From assembly GCA_964394085.1 (NCBI GenBank), contig CAYMWF010000011.1, positions 27,926 to 91,925 on the forward strand: DNA of 64,000 nucleotides. The letters are read 5' to 3'. Positions 8,010-16,873 of the stretch are shown here, piece by piece (position 1 is the stretch's first letter; each line of letters opens with the position of its first letter). Origin of the DNA: an uncultured Gemmatimonadota bacterium. GTDB lineage: Bacteria > GCA-2686955 > CAYMWF01. The notes beneath the pieces were generated by a model that saw nothing but the letters and a program-made list of their open reading frames with translations, had not been told where the DNA came from and did not search any database. The position numbers and the translations under genes were made by a program.

Positions 8010-8933
8010 ATGAAGTATATATTCGGACCGGTTTCTTCACGCAGGCTGGGGCGCTCTCTCGGTGTGGACCTGGTTCCGCACAAGACATGCCCTTATGACT
8101 GCATATACTGCCAGGTGGGGAGAACTACCAACAAAACACTTCAGCGGGAGGAATTCGTCCCTCTCGACGATGTCGTATCCGAGCTCGAGGAATCCCTCAA
8201 GCAGATCGAGAATCCGCCCGATTTTATCACGTTGAGCGGGTCGGGGGAGCCTACCCTGTACTCGAGAACCGGCGAGCTGATCGAGCGGATCAAAGATTCG
8301 ACCGACATTCCGGTCGCGGTGATCACCGGCGGTTCGACCCTGCACTTTCCCGAAGTCCGAAAATCTTTAATGAACGCCGACCTCGTCGTGCCCTCTCTCG
8401 ACGCCGGAGACCAGGAGATGTTCGAGAAGGTGAACCGCCCCAGCGACGGACTTACTTTCGATACGATGCTCGAAGGACTTATCCGCTTTCGCAGGGAATT
8501 CCGCGGTCCGATCTGGCTGGAAGTGTTCATTCTCGAAGGGATTTCGACGGAGCTGACGGAAGCGGGCAAACTCGCCGCCGCCGCCGACCGGGTCAAGCCG
8601 GACCGGATCCAGCTCAACACCGTGGTCCGTCCCGCCGCCGAAGTATACGCCTCGGAAGTACCCAGGGAGAAGCTGGCGGAAATCGCCGGGATATTCATCC
8701 CCGATGCGGAGATAATCGCAGGCTACAAAAGGACGCCGGAGCTTTCCGACGAACGGGCGAACAGGGAGACGATCCTGGAGATGCTCAAGCGGCGTCCCTG
8801 CACACTGGAGGATATCGCCTCCGGCCTCGAGCTCGACCCGAACCTGGTGGCGAAGCATCTCAACGAGCTGGCTGAAAGCGGGTTCGTAACGCTGACCATC
8901 AAGGGCAAGCACCTTTTCTATTGCGCTGAGTGA
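8010..8933 (+). CDS. Radical SAM protein (COG0731-like Fe-S oxidoreductase) with C-terminal winged-helix-like tail
   Basis: CX3CX2C motif CPYDCIYC right after the FGPVSSRRLGRSLGVDL signature. Start ATG 8010 chosen; the ORF-track start 7770 would translate a structured leader. Confidence 0.7.
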   Translation: MKYIFGPVSSRRLGRSLGVDLVPHKTCPYDCIYCQVGRTTNKTLQREEFVPLDDVVSELEESLKQIENPPDFITLSGSGEPTLYSRTGELIERIKDSTDIPVAVITGGSTLHFPEVRKSLMNADLVVPSLDAGDQEMFEKVNRPSDGLTFDTMLEGLIRFRREFRGPIWLEVFILEGISTELTEAGKLAAAADRVKPDRIQLNTVVRPAAEVYASEVPREKLAEIAGIFIPDAEIIAGYKRTPELSDERANRETILEMLKRRPCTLEDIASGLELDPNLVAKHLNELAESGFVTLTIKGKHLFYCAE

Positions 8934-9076
8934 CAGATCGCCGCTGCTCAGCGGCCGATCCGCGCAAAAACCACACCTGAAAACCGAAAATGCTTTGAGA
9001 AATACGGAGCTTGATGTAAATTTATAGTTTCGAGTTTTTCTCGCTGCTTCGCAGGCGAGGCACCAAGGAGTTCAAG

Positions 9077-10414
9077 ATGCCGGATAAAGAATACAACGGC
9101 GGGGTTCCCTCCGCCCTGTTAAAAAAATTCAGGAAAAACTTCGTATCGAATCCCGCGCTGAAAATCGCGCTGAACGCGGTGACAAGGGGCAACCTCCAGG
9201 AGATTGCCATCAACCGGGAAGTGTTGAACAGGGCCGATTTCTCTTTTTCGAACGAAATCGAGACCGGGAACGTAACGGACCAGAAACAGAGCGGGACCTG
9301 CTGGCTTTTCGCCGATCTGAACTGGCTCCGCACTTTCACCCAGGAGAAATTCAAGATCAAGAGCATCGAGTTCTCCGAAAATCACCTCCTCTTCTGGGAC
9401 AAGCTCGAAAAAGCCAACTTTTTCTACGAGCAGATCATCAAGTACATAGATGAAGAGCCGGACAGCAGAAAGAACCTTTTCCTTCTGAAAAGCCCGGTCT
9501 CCGACGGCGGCGGATGGCACATGACCGTGAACCTGATCAAAAAATACGGTCTCGTTCCCAAGAACGTGATGCCCGACACCACCAACCGGGAAAACACCCG
9601 GTTCATGAACCAGGTGCTGTTCTACAAGCTGCGCGAAGGCGCCGCCACCCTCCGCAAGATGTATCGCGCCGGAAAATCGGAAGCCCAGCTCAGAAACCGC
9701 AAAATGAAGCTGCTCGAAGATATCCACCGCATCCTGGGCATTACTCTCGGCATGCCGCCCGAGCGCTTCGACTGGAGCTACAAGGATAAGGACGATAAAT
9801 TCCACCGGGAGCTGGGTATCACGCCGCAGGAGTTCGCCGAAAAGTATATCGATGTGAACTTCGACGATATCTACTGCCTGATCAACGCCCCATCCGGGAA
9901 GATGCCGTATAACAAGACATACAAGGTCGAATTTTTCGACAACATAGTCGGCAGCGACGACTACAGGTGGCTCAATGTTCCGATCTCGACGCTGAAACGG
10001 TACGCCGTGAAGATGCTCAAGGAGGGGAAAGCAGTACTCTTCGGATGCGACGTCGTTCAGAACTGCCACGCCAAGGAAGGTCTCCTGTACGACGACCTGT
10101 TCGATTATGAGCTCGTTTTCGACACCAGGATGAAAATGAGCAAAGGAACCCGCCTCGATTTCGGACAGACCGTCGTCACGCATGCCATGGTTTTCACCGG
10201 CGTCGACCTGGTGAACGGCAAACCTGTCAAGTGGAAAGTAGAGAACAGCTGGGGAGACAAATACGGAAAAAAGGGATACTTCATCATGTCGGACGAGTGG
10301 TTCGACGAGCATGTATTCGATGTCGCCGTTCCGAAGAAATATCTCTCGCCGAAACTGCTGGAACTCTTCGAGCAGGACCCGGTAATCCTGCCGCCCTGGT
10401 CGCCGATGGCGTAG
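9077..10414 (+). CDS. pepC: Aminopeptidase C / bleomycin hydrolase (peptidase C1B)
   Basis: Active-site signature QKQSGTCWLFADLNW; length 445 aa; GGAG SD upstream. Confidence 0.85.
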   Translation: MPDKEYNGGVPSALLKKFRKNFVSNPALKIALNAVTRGNLQEIAINREVLNRADFSFSNEIETGNVTDQKQSGTCWLFADLNWLRTFTQEKFKIKSIEFSENHLLFWDKLEKANFFYEQIIKYIDEEPDSRKNLFLLKSPVSDGGGWHMTVNLIKKYGLVPKNVMPDTTNRENTRFMNQVLFYKLREGAATLRKMYRAGKSEAQLRNRKMKLLEDIHRILGITLGMPPERFDWSYKDKDDKFHRELGITPQEFAEKYIDVNFDDIYCLINAPSGKMPYNKTYKVEFFDNIVGSDDYRWLNVPISTLKRYAVKMLKEGKAVLFGCDVVQNCHAKEGLLYDDLFDYELVFDTRMKMSKGTRLDFGQTVVTHAMVFTGVDLVNGKPVKWKVENSWGDKYGKKGYFIMSDEWFDEHVFDVAVPKKYLSPKLLELFEQDPVILPPWSPMA

Positions 10415-10424
10415 AACCCGGTTT

Positions 10425-11390
10425 TCAGTGAGAAGCCAGGATCTCACCTATGTGGTGATATCCCGTGTGGTTCTGCGACCAGTAGTCGCGAACCGGCTCA
10501 CCGGGCCGGAGAATGAAAGATTCGCAGTAGTTGCAGTCTTCCGACTGTATCCTGACCAGAAGATCGCCGCCGGAGAAAGCCCAGTTCCGCCCGTCCGGGT
10601 ATATGTGCTGGATGAGCATCCCCTGCCGTGTCTTTATGTGGAACCAGTCGCCAGGGTCGTCCCACGAATTATCGGTGATGAAATGCAGGACCTGCCAGAT
10701 GTTGCCTGAGGGAAGTCGCCCCTGGCTGACGGCGATGCCCGAGTCGTTGGGCAATCCGAAGACGAGGCAGTGCCCGAACCTGCGCGCGGCGTCGTGCAGC
10801 ACGCCCTCCCTGCCGTGCTCGAAGTGGGAAGTCGCGATGATATTGCGGCACATCCCGTATCCCTGGACCGGAGACACGCCCTGGCCGAGGGAGCTGCACA
10901 TGTATTCGCACAGTTGATCCACCCCCGCTGAAAATCCCACGGTCAGCAGGCCGCGTTCCAGCCGCTCGTGCAGAAGCCGCCCGAAGAGGCTCCCGTCTCC
11001 ATGGTGGATAGCGCCGAGCTCGTTATAGCGGCGGAACCCGGTGTAGGGGTTGCCTCCGCCCAGGATCACCACCTCGGCCGTCTGAAGCGTATGAATCAGC
11101 CTGTCAACATCCTCTCGACGCAGATTGCTGTTCCAGAAGAACGGGAAAGCGTTCAGCCCGTAGTGATGGAAAAAGTTGAAGTACCACTCGAAATTCCGCC
11201 AGCTGAATTCCTGCCTTCGGTATTCATCCCAGCCGTCCTCTCCCTCCGACATCGGAAGGAACAGGATCTCTCGGTTACCCGAGAGCGCCCTCTGGACGAT
11301 CCAGTCGTTATGAATGTAGTTGCATCGCGAATGGGAACTGTATACCAGCGTAGTAGGGTTCACGGCACAATACCTTCTGAAAGAGACCAA
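10425..11390 (-). CDS. Peptidase S51 (dipeptidase E / cyanophycinase-like, class-I glutamine-amidotransferase fold) with C-terminal extension
   Basis: ILFLPMSEG N-terminal strand, VVILGGGNPY, nucleophile elbow GFSAG, later His. Confidence 0.55.
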   Translation of the reverse strand: MVSFRRYCAVNPTTLVYSSHSRCNYIHNDWIVQRALSGNREILFLPMSEGEDGWDEYRRQEFSWRNFEWYFNFFHHYGLNAFPFFWNSNLRREDVDRLIHTLQTAEVVILGGGNPYTGFRRYNELGAIHHGDGSLFGRLLHERLERGLLTVGFSAGVDQLCEYMCSSLGQGVSPVQGYGMCRNIIATSHFEHGREGVLHDAARRFGHCLVFGLPNDSGIAVSQGRLPSGNIWQVLHFITDNSWDDPGDWFHIKTRQGMLIQHIYPDGRNWAFSGGDLLVRIQSEDCNYCESFILRPGEPVRDYWSQNHTGYHHIGEILASH

Positions 11391-11401
11391 GTCTGTTCGC
11401 C

Positions 11402-11600
11402 GATAAGCTGCGAACGCGAAGCAGTCGCCGGCTTGATTCGACTCTCTTCACCGATAAGCAGCGAACGCGAAGCGGTCGCCGGCTTGATTCGACTCTCTTC
11501 ACCGATAAGCTGCGAACGCGAAGCGGTCGCCGGCTTGATTCGGCTCTATTCGCGGATAAGCTGCGAACGCGAAGCGATCGCCAGCTTCATCCGCGACTAA
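11402..11600. repeat. Tandem direct repeat, 51-bp unit (CCGATAAGCTGCGAACGCGAAGCGGTCGCCGGCTTGATTCGACTCTCTTCA) x ~3.9, decaying toward 11600
   Basis: Units at 11402-11452, 11453-11503, 11504-11554 and a partial one at 11555-11600 with a few substitutions. No spacers, so not CRISPR. Confidence 0.85.
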
Positions 11601-11777
11601 TTATATTACATCGAAACATAAAAATTCAAGCCGGGCTTGTTATGGGGAGCAGCGAGTTTCAGCGCTTCCCGTAACGAGGGGCAGCCGGGTGCGGGAACCA
11701 GCACCCAAGCCGGATGATGAGCGTCCTCCGCCGGGCGGAAAGACGTCCCGCACCGCCTCCTCTCGCATACTCCGGAC

Positions 11778-11864
11778 AAAAGGAGCGCCGACCCTTGACT
11801 CGAAACAAAAGGGGCTCCCGCCCTTGACTCGAAACAAAAGGGGCTCCCGCCCTTGACTCGAAAC
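11778..11864. repeat. Three tandem 29-bp units (AAAAGGGGCTCCCGCCCTTGACTCGAAAC), each carrying a TTGACT -35-like box, about 55 bp upstream of the esterase gene
   Basis: Units at 11778-11806 (variant), 11807-11835, 11836-11864. Confidence 0.8.
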
Positions 11865-11919
11865 GGCTCCGGATTTACACTGCCCCCGCATTGCGGAATA
11901 CACCGGAGTAATTTGAAAC

Positions 11920-13203
11920 GTGAGAAAAATATTCGAAAGGCTCAGGGCGGAAGGCGCCGACTACTTCGAGAAGATCGCGGGTTCCGAAAAGACGCCGATC
12001 GTCAGAGACAGGGAGCTGCTCTTCCTGTACCACGAGCGGGAACGTCTCGTGAACCAGGTCAAGCTCAACCACAATATCTCCAGCCTTGATAACCCCGTAT
12101 ACTTCGAAAAGTTCGGAAGCGGGGGACCGTTCGCCCTCCACATGGTTCTTCCATCGAAAGCGCGGATGGAATACTCGCTGGAGGTGGATTACGAAACCGG
12201 TGAAACGGAATACCGGAACGACCCCGGTAATCCCGTGCAATCATTCTGCCCCTTCGGCTCGAAAAGCGTCGCGTGCACCGAAAGCTATAAAACGCCGGCC
12301 TGGGCGATCCGTCGAAACGGTGTTCCCCGGGGGAAGCTGGAAGAACATGTCCTGGAGAGCGAAGCCCTGGGCGGACCGAGGGAAATCCGGATACACATAC
12401 CCGCCGTTCCGGCGCCTGCGAAGGGTTATCCCGTTCTGATAATCCATGACGGAACCGATTTCATCAATTACGGCGATATGCTCACTGTGCTCGACAATCT
12501 CGTGTACCAGGGCGAGATGGAACCTTTCCTGGCGGTGTTGACGAAACCCGAAAACCGTAATCTCGAGTATACATGCATGCCTGAACACACGTTTCACCTC
12601 GCCGAGGAGCTGCTGCCGTGGGTGCGCGACCGCTATCCCGCAACATCCAAAAGAGAGAAAACAGGCCTCATGGGCTCGTCGCTGGGGGCTATATCGTCGC
12701 TCCATACCGCGTATACTTACCCCAGTCTGTTCAAGCCGCTCCTGATCCAGTCGGGATCGCTGCGGTTTCATGAAACGAAAGGAACGGCACCCGCCTTCGA
12801 GCCGGTGGATGAATTCGACCGGATCATGCTTTTTCTCGAAGGAAAGTTTTTTCCCCGCGGGTTTCCACGGAAGATGCGGATATTCCAGTCGTGCGGAACC
12901 TTCGAGCCGCTTCTGTCGTTCAACAGGCGTTTTTACGAAGAGCTGAAGAAACTCCATCAGGATGTGGTATACAGTGAAAACCATGACGGTCATAACTGGA
13001 TTTCCTGGCGTGACCAGCTCGGCGCGGGTTTTTCATTCCTGTTTCCACCGGATGGCCGGTCCGCCGCCCGGCCGGTCATCAAACGTATTCTCGGCTCCCT
13101 GGGCTCCCGGCAGTCGACCGAGGACGAGGGGATGAAACTCCAGGCCGGCCGGGACCACAGGCGGAAAACCGGGCGGACGAAAAATGTGGAGGAATCGTTA
13201 TGA
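11920..13203 (+). CDS. Esterase of the enterochelin-esterase/esterase-D family (alpha/beta hydrolase, PF00756-like) with N-terminal Fes-like domain
   Basis: PVLIIHDGTDF.., nucleophile elbow GSSLG, downstream HDGHNW; 427 aa. Confidence 0.65.
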   Translation: MRKIFERLRAEGADYFEKIAGSEKTPIVRDRELLFLYHERERLVNQVKLNHNISSLDNPVYFEKFGSGGPFALHMVLPSKARMEYSLEVDYETGETEYRNDPGNPVQSFCPFGSKSVACTESYKTPAWAIRRNGVPRGKLEEHVLESEALGGPREIRIHIPAVPAPAKGYPVLIIHDGTDFINYGDMLTVLDNLVYQGEMEPFLAVLTKPENRNLEYTCMPEHTFHLAEELLPWVRDRYPATSKREKTGLMGSSLGAISSLHTAYTYPSLFKPLLIQSGSLRFHETKGTAPAFEPVDEFDRIMLFLEGKFFPRGFPRKMRIFQSCGTFEPLLSFNRRFYEELKKLHQDVVYSENHDGHNWISWRDQLGAGFSFLFPPDGRSAARPVIKRILGSLGSRQSTEDEGMKLQAGRDHRRKTGRTKNVEESL

Positions 13204-14633
13204 GCAGTCCGATTATCAAGAACATCGCACTGATGGCTTCTCACGACTGGACCCTCCGCGCGGCTATGGCGGAATTTCTCGCTTTTATCGATCCCGTCAT
13301 CCGCTGGCAGGGGAAGGAATACAAGATCGAGCTGACGAGAGCGATCGCGAAACCGCTCCTCGCGGGCACGGATCCGACCGGCGGGGCCGACCTGATCCTC
13401 GACCGAACCACCCACTGGAACGGATATTACAAGTCATGGGCGCACCAGGCGATGAACTCCCTCGCGAGGATGGTCAATCATACGTATACATTCGCCGTCT
13501 ACGACAAACATTCGACTTACGACCTGATGGCCCGGGCCATCCATCCCGGGGACCGGTTTCCGAGAACGGTGCTGCTGCCCCAGTTCCAGCCGTGGTCGGG
13601 AGACCAGAAGAAACAGGCGCTCTGGGAATACGAACAGAGGCTGATTATCGACAACACGGAGTTAGGCTTCGATAAAACGAGGAAAAAGACCGACTGGGAG
13701 GTGGTCCGGCAGAAGCTCGGCGAGATGAAGAGGTTCGAACGTCGATCCGAGCAGGTCAGGGAAGATTTCTACTACAGCGGCGAATACCTGAAGGAAGTGG
13801 TCGAAGAAACCTTCGAAAACAGCTTCCCCCTCTACCTGAAAAAGGCTTACGGCGGCGGCGGCTCCCAGGTCTACAAGATCAACAGCCTGGACGAGCTCTA
13901 CGATAAATACGACGGCACGGGGGACCAGACGTTCCATCTCCAGGAGGGGATAGAACCTTACGAAATCTTCTATCGCGCCATGGGCATAGGGCCGGTGGTG
14001 ATCCCGATGAAGTTCCAGCCCGACCATCCGCATCATCAGCATTACGGACCCGAAAAACTCGTCCTGGACAAAGACATCTTCCACCGCCTGCAGAGCTACG
14101 TGCTCTTCATCAACTCATACCACCGCTGGACATACAATTCCTTCGAATGCCTGCTGAAAGACGGAAGCCTGCACCCGATCGATTTCGCAAATGCATGCCC
14201 CGACAGCCAGTTGATCTCGCTCCACGTGCATTTCCCGACCGTAGTCTGCGCCCTGATGAAATGGCTCTCGTTCTGCGTGGTGACTGAAAAGGACATGAAG
14301 ATTAACCTCGACATGAGCGACTACCTATCGGTCCTCAACGAACCGGATGTTTCACAGCAGGAGAAATTCGACTTCTGTCGCAGGAAGTCGCATGAATATT
14401 TCGAAACCGACAAATTCAACGATTTCTGCGGAGAAAACTTTTCGGACCTGGAAGAACGGATGATCGATTTCTACGACTATAAATTCGATGAGATCATCAG
14501 GTTCGCGGTGGAGTTCAGCGACTTTCCCGAGGAAGAGCACGGCAGATTCTACGATCACTACAAGGGTTATATGGAAGGGATCTGGCGTCCCAACGCCAGG
14601 CAATTCCTGGAGCCCGTGATACTCGCCGATTAG
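13200..14633 (+). CDS. ATP-grasp-fold protein (possibly GSP-synthetase-like / circularly permuted ATP-grasp)
   Basis: Gly-rich ATP-grasp loop LYLKKAYGGGGSQVYKI. ATGA start/stop overlap with the esterase gene (translational coupling). Confidence 0.45.
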   Translation: MSSPIIKNIALMASHDWTLRAAMAEFLAFIDPVIRWQGKEYKIELTRAIAKPLLAGTDPTGGADLILDRTTHWNGYYKSWAHQAMNSLARMVNHTYTFAVYDKHSTYDLMARAIHPGDRFPRTVLLPQFQPWSGDQKKQALWEYEQRLIIDNTELGFDKTRKKTDWEVVRQKLGEMKRFERRSEQVREDFYYSGEYLKEVVEETFENSFPLYLKKAYGGGGSQVYKINSLDELYDKYDGTGDQTFHLQEGIEPYEIFYRAMGIGPVVIPMKFQPDHPHHQHYGPEKLVLDKDIFHRLQSYVLFINSYHRWTYNSFECLLKDGSLHPIDFANACPDSQLISLHVHFPTVVCALMKWLSFCVVTEKDMKINLDMSDYLSVLNEPDVSQQEKFDFCRRKSHEYFETDKFNDFCGENFSDLEERMIDFYDYKFDEIIRFAVEFSDFPEEEHGRFYDHYKGYMEGIWRPNARQFLEPVILAD

Positions 14634-14669
14634 CGGAAATGTTCCCCGATACCGGCCCGGTTCCGGGTA

Positions 14670-16505
14670 TCAGGACAGGGAGGGGCGATCGAGTTCCGGC
14701 TGCTTCCTCCTGAAAAAGCAGAAAATACAGGCGAGAAGCGAAACAACCGAGACAGCCGCTCCGATTAGAACCGATGCAGGCAGGTAGTAGAAGATGATCC
14801 TTGATTTCCCGGGGGACACTTCGGTTGAAATAAGCCCTTCGTAACTTTCAACCTCACCCTGCCCGATTCCCTCGACTTTCCATCCCGAAAAATAATTCTG
14901 GTTGAGGCATAACCTGTCTTCCCGGGCGGTATCGATTTCAACCTCGATCCTGTTCGGCGAAAAGAACGCTATTTCAGCCGTGCCGTCGCCGGATACGAGA
15001 TAAGCTTCGCCGCGGTATCCGGGATCGGTAAAGGCTCTGGCGGCGATCCGATCTTCACATCCGACGAAAAACTGGTCGAAACTCGCGAGATTCCCGGCGT
15101 TCCTGTAAAAGGGAAGAATAGCATCGCGTTCGACGCTTTCCTGGCGGAACGGCGCTTCGATCATTTCTGATTTCGGGTCGTTCTGCAGGGCCCTCCACAA
15201 CCCCGACCTGCTGACCGTCATTATATCGATTGCCGAATAAGTCAGCGGCAGAACAAGCAGGATGTATCCGATCGCTTTCGCGGGCCCGGAACCGAGGTTT
15301 TTAATAATATCCTGACATTTTGAAACCAGGAACCCGCTGCTGAGAGCCGCCGCGAAAAGAACCAGGTGGAAATACCGGACGGGATCCTTGATGCTCTTCA
15401 GAAGAGGGAGACCGTGTAGCAGGGCGAAGAGATTCAGGGGTTTGAAGGGCCACGATTCGGGGGTCGACAGCGCCGGGGTCGAACCGAAGGCGAGGATCAG
15501 AAGAAATAATCCGATGACGAGGAATTTCCAGAGCCGGCGGAAACAGACCACGGCACCGGTAAAAGCGAGCAGAATCGGAATCCAGCCGGTATAAAGGCAG
15601 AAATACTGCCAGTCGCCTACGTGCACGAGACAATCCCTGTCGAGCAGACACTGAAACAGCTTGGATACCGAATCGTAATATCGGTTGATATCGAGAGGCA
15701 CCTCCCTCGAAAAGCCGGCTACATACATGAATTCGTACATGGGGAGAAGCTTTATGGCGGCGACCGCGCCGCTGATCCCTCCCAAAACGAGAAAAAGGAC
15801 GACCGGTTTGACCTTTTTTGTGGAGATGGCTGTGAGGAGGCTGTATGGAGCCAGGAACATGAAGCAGTGGAGTGCGGTGTACAGTCCGTCAGAAGTGATT
15901 AAAAAAGCCAGCAGGAGACCCGCGGGAACGATATGCCGCCGGCTGTCCAAGGATCGGAAGAAGAAGTAGAAGACCCAGGGAATCCAGTACATCTGAATGA
16001 AGTTGTAGGAACCGAATATGAAACAGTAAGGGATGAAGTTCGAAAGAAAATAAACGAGCGGAGGGTAGATGGAGCCGAGAGTGCTCAGACCCATCCGCCG
16101 GGCGAGCAGGTAGAAACCCCACATCCCGATGATGCACAGCGATACCGCTTCCACTGTCGGGGCCCTTGTTTCTCCGAAGATTAATGTTAATAGAAATGTC
16201 GGATGCAGAAAGGACGAGAGGGGGTGACCCAGAGCCGGAAGCCCTCCCTTCGCGTAAGGATTCCACAGTGGGAACTGGTGAAAATGCAGGATAGTCTTCC
16301 GCTGAACGGCGTCTATCAGGGCCCAGAAATCCCAGTCGAACCCGCCCCAGTTGTTGAATTGCCTGATGCATGGCCAGTAGAGCGTCAATGCCGCCGCGGA
16401 AAAGAGGGCCGGCGGCATCATCCTCGAAAACAAATTTCGGAAATATGATGGATCGGACAGGCTGTTGGGTTGGTTTCTTTTCATTGAATAATCTGAACGC
16501 ATCAC
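14670..16505 (-). CDS. Large polytopic membrane protein (about 12 TM plus periplasmic domain plus C-terminal TM), possible GT-C/YfhO-like glycosyltransferase
   Basis: Hydrophobicity pattern only; no motif identified with certainty. Confidence 0.35.
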   Translation of the reverse strand: MMRSDYSMKRNQPNSLSDPSYFRNLFSRMMPPALFSAAALTLYWPCIRQFNNWGGFDWDFWALIDAVQRKTILHFHQFPLWNPYAKGGLPALGHPLSSFLHPTFLLTLIFGETRAPTVEAVSLCIIGMWGFYLLARRMGLSTLGSIYPPLVYFLSNFIPYCFIFGSYNFIQMYWIPWVFYFFFRSLDSRRHIVPAGLLLAFLITSDGLYTALHCFMFLAPYSLLTAISTKKVKPVVLFLVLGGISGAVAAIKLLPMYEFMYVAGFSREVPLDINRYYDSVSKLFQCLLDRDCLVHVGDWQYFCLYTGWIPILLAFTGAVVCFRRLWKFLVIGLFLLILAFGSTPALSTPESWPFKPLNLFALLHGLPLLKSIKDPVRYFHLVLFAAALSSGFLVSKCQDIIKNLGSGPAKAIGYILLVLPLTYSAIDIMTVSRSGLWRALQNDPKSEMIEAPFRQESVERDAILPFYRNAGNLASFDQFFVGCEDRIAARAFTDPGYRGEAYLVSGDGTAEIAFFSPNRIEVEIDTAREDRLCLNQNYFSGWKVEGIGQGEVESYEGLISTEVSPGKSRIIFYYLPASVLIGAAVSVVSLLACIFCFFRRKQPELDRPSLS

Positions 16506-16873
16506 CGTCTGAAACTGCTGATGCAGCTTAACAAGTCGCCCCTGCCCGAGTCAATAAATGCAAGAAAAATGTTGCTCATGCCTGACTTTTGAACCCTGAT
16601 TGCATCATTTCGTGAGCCCTTCTGAAAAGACGATTACCGCACTTCAACTGTGTCACCGACTATACGGCTTCACGAAGTATCCCACCTGCCGCAGCCAGAG
16701 ATATCGGAATCATGGTTGACATATCGACACGGATCTGATATACTGGACAACAGTAACGCTCCGACTTAAACAAAGGAAAAACACTGAAAAATGACTGAGT
16801 TCGTTTCAAGTGCTCATCATATCTCTACCGTGCAGTGAATTTTCGGTCGGATATGGTATAAGGGAGGTTCGTC

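Noticed and set aside
9119-10447. 442-aa minus-strand ORF opposite pepC
   Set aside because: Antisense to a confidently identified pepC. No SD and no motifs.
11402-11600. Possible CRISPR array (regularly spaced repeats)
   Set aside because: The 51-bp units are contiguous and near-identical over their whole length. There are no unique spacers, so this is a simple tandem direct repeat.
10968-11600. ORF whose C-terminus is encoded by the 51-bp repeats (17-aa repeat PISCEREAVAGLIRLSS), considered as a repeat-core RiPP/graspetide precursor for the nearby ATP-grasp
   Set aside because: Most of the ORF is antisense to the S51 peptidase gene. There is no SD or start near the repeats, and the repeats decay like non-coding DNA (indel-free but with frame-agnostic substitutions). 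It is kept only as a caveat in the repeat finding.
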